Below are positions 10,349 to 19,081 of a DNA stretch of 64,000 nucleotides, one piece after another. The notes under the pieces were generated by a model. The model was not told the origin of the DNA. It made no database searches and saw nothing but the letters and a program-made list of their open reading frames with translations. The translations under genes and the position numbers were made by a program. The first letter of the stretch is position 1, and the number at the start of each line of letters is the position of its first letter. The stretch lies in IMG/VR virus record IMGVR_UViG_3300044701_000569, positions 186,001-250,000 of that record, one strand, 5' to 3'.

Positions 10349-12073
10349 TTAAGGCTCAACAGCCATTTGTCTCCAACCACCGCCTAGATAAACTACCATC
10401 TGCTGTTTAGCTGGAGCACCAATGCCTAATGGATCCCATCCGCTTACAGAGTCACCGTCAGCAATAGCTACCATACCGTTGACTGGTGTTGCTGGTGCAG
10501 CACTTAACACTGCTAGTTTGGCAAATCCGTTGATGTCAAGAGTTGCTTCTGCTTCATAACCTAGTGTGTGATTAATTGAAGTATAACCTCGAGAATCAAT
10601 ATTAACGCCTTTAGGATTTAAAGGATTACCGTCAGTAAATGTTAATAAAGAAATACTTCCAGGTACTTCTCCTTCGTCAACTACGGCATTAGGATCAACA
10701 CTGCGTAGAATGATGCTGGATAGCGTGTAACTTGCAGTGCCTTCACCGGTAAGTGATATGCCGTCGTAACCTAGTGCAGCATCAATCTTAATTGTATCAC
10801 CAACTTGAATTGCTGTAGGAGCACTAAGTGTTCCACGTGATGATCTAAATGTTTCGCCTGGGCCAAAGAACCCTTGAGTAATACCGTTAGTGATATTAAC
10901 AAAATCACCGTCTGGGCATAGTCTTATAATTTGAGTAGTTCTTGTTGGATCTGTATTTTGTATTCTAATTGGAATAGATGATTCGATAATACTGTTACTA
11001 AAAGACATCGTTGATGTTCTTAAGATCGAGTTTACACCATCAACTAGTACTGTAGAATCATCACCAAAGAATGATCCTTTAAATGCAGAAGCTTCAACTT
11101 CGCCGTCAAACACTGCACTACCATTAACATCTAGAGCAGCTCTAGCAAAAAACTCTAAAGGTTGATTAATAGCAGTAAATCCTCTAGAGTCTATTATTAG
11201 ACCTTTATATGCACTAGTATTGCTATCTGCAAATGTTAATAGCTGTATGCTACCTGGAATTTCTCCTGCAGCAACTGACACATTATAATCTACACTGTGT
11301 CTAATAGCACTTGAAAGTGTATATACAGGATCGCCCTCACCATCAACTGATACGCCGTCGTAGCCTAGAGCAACATCAATTTTAATTGCATCACCAACTG
11401 TAAGATTAGTTGGTGCAGCTAGTGTCCCTCGAGACGCTCTAAAACTTTCACCTGGTCCTAAAAATCCTTGGCTTATACCCGTTGTAATAGCAGAGAATCC
11501 ACCGTCAGGCGCTGTTCGTATAAAGTTTAGAGTTACTGCTGGGTTATCGTGTTTGAATACTAATGCTGCAGAAGTACTGTTAACAGTAAATCCGGAAATG
11601 TCTAATATACCTGTAGAAAGAGTTTTTGTAGTAGAATTTACTAAAACTGTACTATCTGTAGCTTCTACATCTCCAATGTGCGTGCCGTCTGTATCACCTG
11701 TAACGTTACCAATTACATTACCATTAAGCGTACCATAAAAGTTTGATGTTACTGAGTCAACAACAATTTGATCAGTTGCATTAGTAATATCAATGTGATA
11801 ATCACCACCAGGTGTAAAAGCACCTTCATCTGCTGCTACAAACGCTGTACCGTTAAATTTTAGTATTTGTCCTGTTAGCGCAGGAAGTGTAAGATCTACG
11901 TCTAACAGATCATTAAGAGATTGAGCTATGCCAGAGTTTACTACAATACCGCCAACAGTGCTACCGTCACCTACCCACAAACGTTTAGTATCTGTAGTAT
12001 AGACAAGCTCGCCTTCTGTGGGCGTAATTAGTAATCTTTGTGCATTAGTTCCGCGTCTGAGACGTAAGGCCAT
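10349..12073 (-). CDS. Tail fibre / virion appendage protein with Mtd-N / hyaluronidase-N-like anchor
   Basis: N-terminal LRLRRGT...EGELVYTTDTKRLWVGDG; G/T/S-rich beta composition; TAAATA and GGGAG upstream. Confidence 0.75.
   Translation of the reverse strand: MALRLRRGTNAQRLLITPTEGELVYTTDTKRLWVGDGSTVGGIVVNSGIAQSLNDLLDVDLTLPALTGQILKFNGTAFVAADEGAFTPGGDYHIDITNATDQIVVDSVTSNFYGTLNGNVIGNVTGDTDGTHIGDVEATDSTVLVNSTTKTLSTGILDISGFTVNSTSAALVFKHDNPAVTLNFIRTAPDGGFSAITTGISQGFLGPGESFRASRGTLAAPTNLTVGDAIKIDVALGYDGVSVDGEGDPVYTLSSAIRHSVDYNVSVAAGEIPGSIQLLTFADSNTSAYKGLIIDSRGFTAINQPLEFFARAALDVNGSAVFDGEVEASAFKGSFFGDDSTVLVDGVNSILRTSTMSFSNSIIESSIPIRIQNTDPTRTTQIIRLCPDGDFVNITNGITQGFFGPGETFRSSRGTLSAPTAIQVGDTIKIDAALGYDGISLTGEGTASYTLSSIILRSVDPNAVVDEGEVPGSISLLTFTDGNPLNPKGVNIDSRGYTSINHTLGYEAEATLDINGFAKLAVLSAAPATPVNGMVAIADGDSVSGWDPLGIGAPAKQQMVVYLGGGWRQMAVEP
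10526..11657 (-). repeat. Tandem ~200-aa internal duplication in the tail fibre gene
   Basis: DSTVLV...GI(S/T)QGF.GPGE.FR.SRGTL.APT...GD.IKID.ALGYDG...YTLSS...G(E)xPGSI.LLTF.D...IDSRG...LD(V/I)NG occurs twice, about 597 nt apart. Confidence 0.9.
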
Positions 12074-12104
12074 CTTTGTAACTCCCGGTATAGTATGTTA
12101 CAAG

Positions 12105-12110
12105 TATTTA
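12105..12110 (-). promoter_or_regulatory. TAAATA late promoter for the tail fibre gene
   Basis: CATAAATAC about 30 nt upstream of the ATG at 12073. Confidence 0.6.
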
Positions 12111-12124
12111 TGCCTTTTTAGGAT

Positions 12125-12436
12125 TTACCTACGACGTTTCATGAAGCGTTTTGTACGATCCTGTACGTCTTTTTTAACTTTTGCTGTATTAAGATTAAAG
12201 TCTACGCTTTCAATTAGCTCGTCGTGTTCTTTAAAGAACTCGTCTAAAATCTCTTCTACAGATTCTATAGTAATTCCACGTTTTCTACGTAGATCAATAT
12301 TCCACTGACGCCCGTCTTTAAAGTGTACATTTACACCTTGCAAATACTCTATTGGTATTGCTTTTATTTCAACATCTTCAAATATTTCGGGCCAATGATC
12401 TATTATTTCTTGCGGTAGCTTATTATTTTTAGGCAC
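12125..12436 (-). CDS. Hypothetical phage protein
   Basis: 103 aa ORF tightly coupled to its neighbour. Confidence 0.7.
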   Translation of the reverse strand: MPKNNKLPQEIIDHWPEIFEDVEIKAIPIEYLQGVNVHFKDGRQWNIDLRRKRGITIESVEEILDEFFKEHDELIESVDFNLNTAKVKKDVQDRTKRFMKRRR

Positions 12437-13025
12437 TTGCTTCAGTTGATTTCTTCTTGGTAGGGCTCAGCTTTTCAGCTTCTTCTCTAAGACGCTTTGC
12501 TTCCTTGTATAGTCTATCTGCATCACTACGATACTTAGTTGCAAGAGCTTCGTCCGTTAGAGGTTCTTCGTTTACTGCAAGTGCTTCAAACGTTTCTGTA
12601 GCAGCTGATACAGCTTTTGGTGCTTCATTAGCATTAGCTGGCTTAACTGCTAGATCAGCAACTGATACACCTCTTTGTTTAGCTACAATCTCGTTAAGTT
12701 CCTTAAGAGAAATAGTAGTCTGCATATTTGGAGTCATTTCAACCATACTGGTGTTGATCTTGATCATCTTACCTGTAGCATGGAATGCAGCCAACATAAT
12801 ACGCCCGTCCGGAAGTCTAGTTCTAGCCATAGCATCAGCTAGCTCATTAGACTGTTGTCCAGCATCGGATTCAACCAGCTTCATAAGAGCATCGTGTTCA
12901 TCTGCCATAAGATTTTCTGTAGTAACTACAATACAATTATCCGGATCATTTGGTACTACACGGTATGCAACTATTACTTTACGTTTTGTTGTAGTAATAC
13001 GACCTACATGTTTGATATTAGCCAT
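12429..13025 (-). CDS. Hypothetical phage protein
   Basis: 198 aa ORF with AAGGA upstream. Confidence 0.75.
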   Translation of the reverse strand: MANIKHVGRITTTKRKVIVAYRVVPNDPDNCIVVTTENLMADEHDALMKLVESDAGQQSNELADAMARTRLPDGRIMLAAFHATGKMIKINTSMVEMTPNMQTTISLKELNEIVAKQRGVSVADLAVKPANANEAPKAVSAATETFEALAVNEEPLTDEALATKYRSDADRLYKEAKRLREEAEKLSPTKKKSTEASA

Positions 13026-13038
13026 TTTATTTTTCCTT

Positions 13039-13272
13039 TTAGTTAGCTTGTGGTGCAGCTACTGCCTTTAGGAAAGTGTCTAGCTTGGTATAAACAGTTC
13101 CTACAGCAGTCATCTCATTGGGCTTAAAAGCACCTCTAGAGCTTGCTACATCAATAATGCTTCTTAGTGCTTGAAGATCCTGTACAGTTAGATCAGGTCC
13201 TTGTTCCTGCTTTGTTTGGGTAGCAGTGGTCTCAGTCTTCTGTGCAGTTTCGTTCTTTTGTTCGTCGCTCAT
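13039..13272 (-). CDS. Hypothetical phage protein
   Basis: 77 aa ORF with AGGAG SD. Confidence 0.75.
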   Translation of the reverse strand: MSDEQKNETAQKTETTATQTKQEQGPDLTVQDLQALRSIIDVASSRGAFKPNEMTAVGTVYTKLDTFLKAVAAPQAN

Positions 13273-13308
13273 ATGAATCTCCTATAATATTATATATGCG
13301 CAGTTTAT

Positions 13309-13602
13309 TTATTTGTACTTCAAATGTGGACAAGCCAACATGAAATAGGACAGCTCTTTTGGTTCTTCAAATCCTATCCTTAGCGAATAATTTAATTTGT
13401 TATCGTAATCAATGATAGTACTTCGTCCAATATAATACTTGCTCTTTAGATTATATTCTATCCATTTTTCAAGAGCATCTTTCATGTTGTACGGAAGTAC
13501 AAGATCCGCATATTCAAAATGGATAGGAGGAACAGTAGTCCTCCTAATCCCAAACACCTCTAATGGATTAACTGTAAGTGCTTTACGCATTAGCCTCTTC
13601 AT
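13309..13602 (-). CDS. Hypothetical phage protein
   Basis: 97 aa ORF overlapping the upstream stop. Confidence 0.65.
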   Translation of the reverse strand: MKRLMRKALTVNPLEVFGIRRTTVPPIHFEYADLVLPYNMKDALEKWIEYNLKSKYYIGRSTIIDYDNKLNYSLRIGFEEPKELSYFMLACPHLKYK

Positions 13603-14854
13603 AATGTGCAGTTACACCAAATGGAGCCTGCAGATTCTTATCGTGATGTCCGTGTACGATAAAGATAGTATCGCAGTAGTTATCTTCACCCCAACTGTCA
13701 AATGGGTAACCATCTGTAAACATGATAAACTTTTTTGGTTGGATATTGTTATTGCGCATGTATGCCCAATTGGCCATAAAGTCAGTACCACCGCCACCTT
13801 TGATTTCATAGTCTAGTAGACTGTCACCACCATCAGCACTAAAGTCCTGTTCGTTATAGACCTTAGTGTCAAAGCACCACAGTTTAATATTGTAGTCTTT
13901 GTACTCGTCCATAATGCCTTTAATCTCGCCTAAGAAATCTTTTGCTTGATCATCACCAATTGATCCTGACATATCTAAGCTAATGCAGATATCAATCGTT
14001 TCGTCAAAGTTCATACCGGGCAGGATAGCACCAGTATGCCATCCTTTGCGACTTGGACGAGCAAAAGTGTAGTCATTACGGATAGTGCTTTGGATTTGCT
14101 GACGTAGCATCTGCCGCCAATTCATCTTTGGCTCAGTAAGCTCTTTGATCATCCGACGGATTTCACCGGGTACGTTGCCAGCGCCAGCACTCTGTGCCGC
14201 ACTGATCATACCTTCCTTAATCTCGTCACGAATCTTACGAAGCTCTTCCTTGCTGTACTTTGGACGCTTACCCTTGCCTTCTTTTGGATCACTGTCGCCG
14301 TCCTCGTCGTCACCTTCCCAGTCAATATGCTCGTCAAGAAGCTCACCTAGCTTTTCGAGCTCTTCCTTAGTCTTCTTAAACAAGTCGTCATATACTTCTT
14401 CAGAAGTCCAATCTTGGTACTTGAAGTCTTGATAGCAGTCTACTATCTTTGGCTTGTCACCAATTCGATCTCTTACAAGAAGATTGTTGACAATGTAGTC
14501 AGATGCAATGTTATGTAAGATTGGGTTACGATCTTCTCTACGACTAAGGTGATCAAAAACGCAGTGAAGAATTTCGTGTGCAATAACAAACTCAATTTCT
14601 TTATTGTTCATAGCGTTAAAGAATTGAGTGTTAAAGAATAGATTCCTGCCGTCTACAGCGGCAGTAGGCAACCATTCGTCGGCTGCTTGAATACGCAAAC
14701 GAGTTGCCATATTACCAAAAAACGGGTGACGCAACAGTAGTCCAATACGAGCAGTGATAATTCTATCAACTACTTCTTTGCGCATATACTCTAGCTTTTC
14801 TGGAGTAATGTTTGGATCTGGTTGCCAGTTCTTCTTTTTGCTAGCTACGGTCAT
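13583..14854 (-). CDS. Metallopeptidase-like (HExxH) plus VWA domain protein (DUF2201-like)
   Basis: TAAVDG, AHEILH, acidic linker, LDMSGS MIDAS, GGGTDF, FTDG. Confidence 0.85.
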   Translation of the reverse strand: MTVASKKKNWQPDPNITPEKLEYMRKEVVDRIITARIGLLLRHPFFGNMATRLRIQAADEWLPTAAVDGRNLFFNTQFFNAMNNKEIEFVIAHEILHCVFDHLSRREDRNPILHNIASDYIVNNLLVRDRIGDKPKIVDCYQDFKYQDWTSEEVYDDLFKKTKEELEKLGELLDEHIDWEGDDEDGDSDPKEGKGKRPKYSKEELRKIRDEIKEGMISAAQSAGAGNVPGEIRRMIKELTEPKMNWRQMLRQQIQSTIRNDYTFARPSRKGWHTGAILPGMNFDETIDICISLDMSGSIGDDQAKDFLGEIKGIMDEYKDYNIKLWCFDTKVYNEQDFSADGGDSLLDYEIKGGGGTDFMANWAYMRNNNIQPKKFIMFTDGYPFDSWGEDNYCDTIFIVHGHHDKNLQAPFGVTAHYEEANA

Positions 14855-14884
14855 AGCATGTTCCTTATTCAGTGCCTATACTGT

Positions 14885-14912
14885 ATAATAACATATTTAC
14901 AGGATATGTCAA
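14885..14912 (-). promoter_or_regulatory. Sigma70-like promoter with TAAATA in the spacer
   Basis: TTGACA-16-(TGt)TATTAT. Confidence 0.65.
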
Positions 14913-14922
14913 CCTAGAATAG

Positions 14923-14950
14923 AAAAAGTGGGCCTTTTGGACCCACTTTT
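14923..14950 (-). terminator. Intrinsic terminator after the MoxR gene
   Basis: AAAAGTGGG-TCCAAAAGG-CCCACTTTTT hairpin with T-tract. Confidence 0.75.
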
Positions 14951-14956
14951 GACTCT

Positions 14957-16045
14957 TTACGCAGACTGTGCTGCCTTAATATACTTACCAAATCGATCAT
15001 GGAACTCATCAAAGCAAGGTACAGCATCCGGATCAATTGGAAGATTGTATTGGGTAAGAGCAACCTTAATGCCCATTACAACCAATTCAGTTTCAAAATT
15101 GTCCATTGCAAAACGCAGGAAGTTATGAACCTTTTCGTCAAACTTCTTGTCGCCCTTGTCACTTGCTTCTTTAAGTTCGTAGCAGAGCGAAATAGTCAAG
15201 GAATACATGGCACTGATTTCTTTAGCCTTCAGCTCTTTTACCTTACCATCCAAAATGTCAGTTGGATTAGGCATATTGCCAGCAACCTTGCGGTGAGCCA
15301 TAAACTTAACAGCAAGACCTTCACCGACGGAGCCACTAACTAGATCAGTGATAGTGCTGTGTTCCAAATCGTCTTCCAACAGCTCGCTAACAAAACTCCA
15401 AGAACGAGGAGTAGCAAATGAACGGCTTGCTGACTTTGGATCAAAGTCGTAAAGGTCCTGCTTTGCAAATTGCAAGTAACCTACTACGTCCTTGTGAATC
15501 TTGTTTTCAACTGCCCACTGGAACCAGTCTTCAAAACTGACAGCCATTTCCAAGTGAACAAAACGGTTAGCCAGTGGAGCAGGCATACGATAAGTAACAC
15601 CCTTGTCTGCTTCACGGTTACCAGCGGCAACAATGAATACGTTGTCTGGCAGGCGATAAGTACCAACCTTGCGGTTGAGGATCAGCTGATAGGCAGCTGC
15701 CTGTACAGCAGGAGCCGCTGAGTTCATTTCGTCCAAAAATAGAACGATAGCTTCGTGTTTGGATGCTAGTTCCTCATCTGGAAGTTCCATAGGAGGCGCC
15801 CAAACCATTTTGTTAGCATTGCTATCAAAATACGGAATGCCCTTAATGTCAGTGGGTTCCCAAAGGCTCAAACGTACATCAATGACATGAGCATCAATGC
15901 TGTCTGCAATCTGGTGAACGATATCTGACTTACCAATACCTGGAGGACCCCACAGGAAGATTGGACGCTTCTTAGCGATAGCGTGTTTGATACTTGCCTT
16001 AGCCTTGTTTGGGCTAACTGTACGAATTACGTCTGAATGTGCCAT
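14957..16045 (-). CDS. MoxR-like AAA+ ATPase
   Basis: GPPGIGKS Walker A, LFLDE Walker B, AAGN, PLANRF. Confidence 0.9.
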   Translation of the reverse strand: MAHSDVIRTVSPNKAKASIKHAIAKKRPIFLWGPPGIGKSDIVHQIADSIDAHVIDVRLSLWEPTDIKGIPYFDSNANKMVWAPPMELPDEELASKHEAIVLFLDEMNSAAPAVQAAAYQLILNRKVGTYRLPDNVFIVAAGNREADKGVTYRMPAPLANRFVHLEMAVSFEDWFQWAVENKIHKDVVGYLQFAKQDLYDFDPKSASRSFATPRSWSFVSELLEDDLEHSTITDLVSGSVGEGLAVKFMAHRKVAGNMPNPTDILDGKVKELKAKEISAMYSLTISLCYELKEASDKGDKKFDEKVHNFLRFAMDNFETELVVMGIKVALTQYNLPIDPDAVPCFDEFHDRFGKYIKAAQSA

Positions 16046-16081
16046 GTAGTATTCCCTCTTTTAAACAGTGTCTACATATAT

Positions 16082-16109
16082 ATAATAGCACCTTTAAGCA
16101 TATTGTCAA
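16082..16109 (-). promoter_or_regulatory. Sigma70-like promoter
   Basis: TTGACA-16-(TGc)TATTAT upstream of the MoxR gene. Confidence 0.65.
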
Positions 16110-16112
16110 GAG

Positions 16113-16502
16113 TTAATCTAGATCTTTTTGGGCTTTTTTCATAGCTTTTATGAGTCCAAGTTTACGGACATCGCCCGAGAACAGAGTGAGTTCTACGGCC
16201 TTGCGCTCGTTAGTAACCACTATGCTATGATCAAAAAGATAATATGGACAGTCAATGTAATTGTCTAAAAATACAATAACTTGAACAGTGAGTACCATGT
16301 CTTTTGGAAATGGAATATCATAAGTAGCTAATCCAATTTCCATAACAGTTTCATACCCTGCTTCAGTTAGACGTAGTCCGCCTGAATCTTTTTCTCGTGT
16401 GTTCTTCCACCAAATTGGAAGATACTGCTTGACAGTTGATTCGTCTGTACTCTTGTCAAGCTGCTTCAAAAATATTTTGGTATATGTTTCTTTCCAATTC
16501 AT
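16113..16502 (-). CDS. Hypothetical phage protein
   Basis: 129 aa ORF, ATGA-coupled. Confidence 0.7.
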   Translation of the reverse strand: MNWKETYTKIFLKQLDKSTDESTVKQYLPIWWKNTREKDSGGLRLTEAGYETVMEIGLATYDIPFPKDMVLTVQVIVFLDNYIDCPYYLFDHSIVVTNERKAVELTLFSGDVRKLGLIKAMKKAQKDLD

Positions 16503-16819
16503 TCTTCGTCAATGCCGTTAGACACTATTGTGTTCTCAGACACTACATCTCCTGACACTAATTTATGTACGGCAAAGTCCTCGCATTTGAACATAGTGTT
16601 CAATTTTTTTGCAAGGTTAAAGGCATGGCCTGGATTTGAGAAGGAGACCTTTTTATATTTAGGTCCTGGATAATTGGTAAGAGAATTTGAACTCTTTAAA
16701 TTGAACGGCTGGCCCTTATAAAAGACTGCCCAAATAGCATCAGCCTCTAGTACCTGTTCAGTCTTATAGGTTTTGTTATTTGTATGTTCTAATATTATAG
16801 TTGGCTTTGGCCGACTCAT
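16499..16819 (-). CDS. Hypothetical phage protein
   Basis: 106 aa ORF (MSRPKP...YPGPKYKKVSFSNPGHA); TAAATA and AAGGA upstream. Confidence 0.75.
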   Translation of the reverse strand: MSRPKPTIILEHTNNKTYKTEQVLEADAIWAVFYKGQPFNLKSSNSLTNYPGPKYKKVSFSNPGHAFNLAKKLNTMFKCEDFAVHKLVSGDVVSENTIVSNGIDEE

Positions 16820-16883
16820 ATGCGTATCCTTGTTATTTAAGTACGCATATATTTATCTTTCTTTGGGGGTTATCTACGCAGTT

Positions 16884-17126
16884 TTACCAGCTAGAATTAG
16901 AGCCAATTTGCACTTGAATTACGTCATCTGTACCGCTTTTAGCGTTAGAAATCAGCTTTTCTAAGTCGCCTTCTAAACGACTCATAACAATACCTATAGT
17001 AAAGGCTAAATTCTTAGCCTGTTCAATAGTAAGTTTAACTTCTTTCGAACGACTATTTTCAGCAGCCTTAACTTGCTGAATAAATTGCTGTAGTGGTATT
17101 GTGTTTAACGGTTCAATGGTTTGCAT
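16884..17126 (-). CDS. Hypothetical phage protein
   Basis: 80 aa ORF in operon. Confidence 0.7.
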   Translation of the reverse strand: MQTIEPLNTIPLQQFIQQVKAAENSRSKEVKLTIEQAKNLAFTIGIVMSRLEGDLEKLISNAKSGTDDVIQVQIGSNSSW

Positions 17127-17583
17127 TTGCTAGTTCCTGTCGCATTTCTAATTCAGTTTTAAAAGGTCCACGAGTTTCGTATCGTTCAACTGTAATTAGT
17201 TTTGGACAAAAACTTTTAACCCAACCTTTTTCAAATTTAATAATATAATAACCAGCACAGTAAAGACTTTTTGATTTTAAAGACTTAGTGAACAGTGGTA
17301 GTTTCCGTTTAATGTCATACATTGAGTTAAATGGTTCAACACTGGCTTTATATCCATGAACTTCATAATCTTTGTCTGAAATAACCTCTTTCTCGACCTC
17401 TGCCCAGATTATGTCTACACCAAATCTTTTCTTAAGTTGTTTCTTGTTATCAAAGAAACATGTTTCTGCACTACTAGAAAACATGTAACGATCATCGTTC
17501 CAAGATAGCGTTCCTATCTTTTCGCCATCATTTTCAACGATCCAAAATTTGTCTTTTAAAACTGATTTTGCTTTTACTGTCAT
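17113..17583 (-). CDS. Hypothetical phage protein
   Basis: 156 aa ORF, ATGA-coupled to RNase H. Confidence 0.7.
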   Translation of the reverse strand: MTVKAKSVLKDKFWIVENDGEKIGTLSWNDDRYMFSSSAETCFFDNKKQLKKRFGVDIIWAEVEKEVISDKDYEVHGYKASVEPFNSMYDIKRKLPLFTKSLKSKSLYCAGYYIIKFEKGWVKSFCPKLITVERYETRGPFKTELEMRQELANANH

Positions 17584-18566
17584 TCTGGGTACCTTGCATT
17601 AAGTGATTCTGAATAAAGTGAAGATTGATCAGCAATTTTTTGCATGTTCCATTTACCGCAAAATTTGATCAGCTTCATGCCTACTTGTGTAACAGACTTT
17701 GGAAAACAAGCCTGCTTAATTGTGTTGTTAATAATTTCTTTAATATTATCTGGCTGTGCAGTTAGATCACATAGTGTTACATTTCTGTTGTAGTCGTCAA
17801 GGACTCTGTGTTCAACACCTTCGTGATCTACCCAGCGTTGAAGCATGAGATTGTTCCAAGCAAACCCCTTTGTTTTTTTATCTTGGAATGCTTCAGTAAG
17901 ACCTACTTTGTTCTTAGTGCCTTTAATGCGCACACCGGGATAGGCTGAAAAGACGTTGTCACTAGTGTCTCCACGCATGCATTTCTCAAACAATAACCAT
18001 TGTGGATCAGGTGCAGGTTTAGTTTCTTTTGTTTTCTTATCTACGACAGGTCTACCCTTCTCGTCAAAATAACCTTCATGGGTAATAGTAGTATTACTAA
18101 CACCGTTATATTGCTTGACATTAGGCGCAATTAATTGTGCAAAGTCACCATCTGTAGAAATAATAATGTGATTGTCATTAGGATGATTTGCAACCCAGCC
18201 TGCAATAAGATCATCAGCTTCTAGTACAGGATTCTGCAATACTGTACAGTTTGTTTTAGTATGAACAAAATCTTTAAACTCATCAAAGATTTCCCAAAAT
18301 ACACGATCTTCTTCTGCTTCTCTAGGACTTAGAGCAGAACGAGCATCACTGCGATTGCGCTTATATGGCTCGTAATAATCCTTTCGCCAACTGCGCCCTT
18401 CTAAGAAGAACACTACATGACTACCATTAAAATCAGTCCACGCCTTCTTAATGCTGTTTAGCGTAATATGCAGCGCCATACCTACTTTTGTATCAAGGTC
18501 GCCACGGATTACGTGTCTAGCACGAAAGAAAGTGTTAGCAGTGTCTACTAGAATGTAATTGCTCAT
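17580..18566 (-). CDS. rnh: T4 RNase H-like 5'-3' exonuclease / flap endonuclease
   Basis: ILVD..N, SWRK.YYEPYK.NR, EADDLIA, STDGDF.QL, GDTSDNV..PG. Confidence 0.9.
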   Translation of the reverse strand: MSNYILVDTANTFFRARHVIRGDLDTKVGMALHITLNSIKKAWTDFNGSHVVFFLEGRSWRKDYYEPYKRNRSDARSALSPREAEEDRVFWEIFDEFKDFVHTKTNCTVLQNPVLEADDLIAGWVANHPNDNHIIISTDGDFAQLIAPNVKQYNGVSNTTITHEGYFDEKGRPVVDKKTKETKPAPDPQWLLFEKCMRGDTSDNVFSAYPGVRIKGTKNKVGLTEAFQDKKTKGFAWNNLMLQRWVDHEGVEHRVLDDYNRNVTLCDLTAQPDNIKEIINNTIKQACFPKSVTQVGMKLIKFCGKWNMQKIADQSSLYSESLNARYPE

Positions 18567-19021
18567 GATACTTGTGATTTGCCTTTACTAATTGGTATAA
18601 CATTAATATACCCGGCATTTCGTGATTTGTCAAGTCCTTCTTCATCTAACATTTGGTAGATTATGTCTCTAAACCATCGATCTACTACTTCTTCTTGCGG
18701 ATCATTGTCAACACCATAGCCGTTTTGGATTAATTCTTTGATAAAGATATCATTCCAGTCTAGCTCAAAGAATCCATTTCTAATATTGTCTTTGTTAATT
18801 TTTACATCTAATACACTGACCCAAGGTTCGCCCTTGCGTGTTGCATAGGCCTTTGGATCTCTCTTTTTAAGTATTTCGAGTTCAGCTTCTTCGATAGCCT
18901 TACGCTTTGCTTCTGCATCTTCTGCTACACGGATTTTTTCTTCTTCAATACGTCTAGCTTCAGCGGCAAGAGCTTGTTCTTTAGCTTCAATACCTGTAAC
19001 TTTCTTAAGCCATTGTTTCAT
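18563..19021 (-). CDS. Hypothetical phage protein
   Basis: 152 aa ORF; coiled N-terminus, FFELDWN. Confidence 0.7.
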   Translation of the reverse strand: MKQWLKKVTGIEAKEQALAAEARRIEEEKIRVAEDAEAKRKAIEEAELEILKKRDPKAYATRKGEPWVSVLDVKINKDNIRNGFFELDWNDIFIKELIQNGYGVDNDPQEEVVDRWFRDIIYQMLDEEGLDKSRNAGYINVIPISKGKSQVS

Positions 19022-19081
19022 AACATCTCCCGTATTCTCTTAAATTCTTCGTCTGATTTGATAGTTGATGGAAGCGCAGGC

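Noticed and set aside
10349-12073. Diversity-generating retroelement target (Mtd-like N-terminus)
   Set aside because: No reverse transcriptase or adenine-variable template/variable repeat pair is seen. The internal repeat is an old protein-level duplication.
12457-13071. 204-aa plus-strand ORF, and similar antisense ORFs (26867-27319, 42194-43681, 32105-34010 etc.)
   Set aside because: They lie antisense to well-supported minus-strand genes, have Ser/Leu/Phe-rich shadow composition and show no motifs or RBS.
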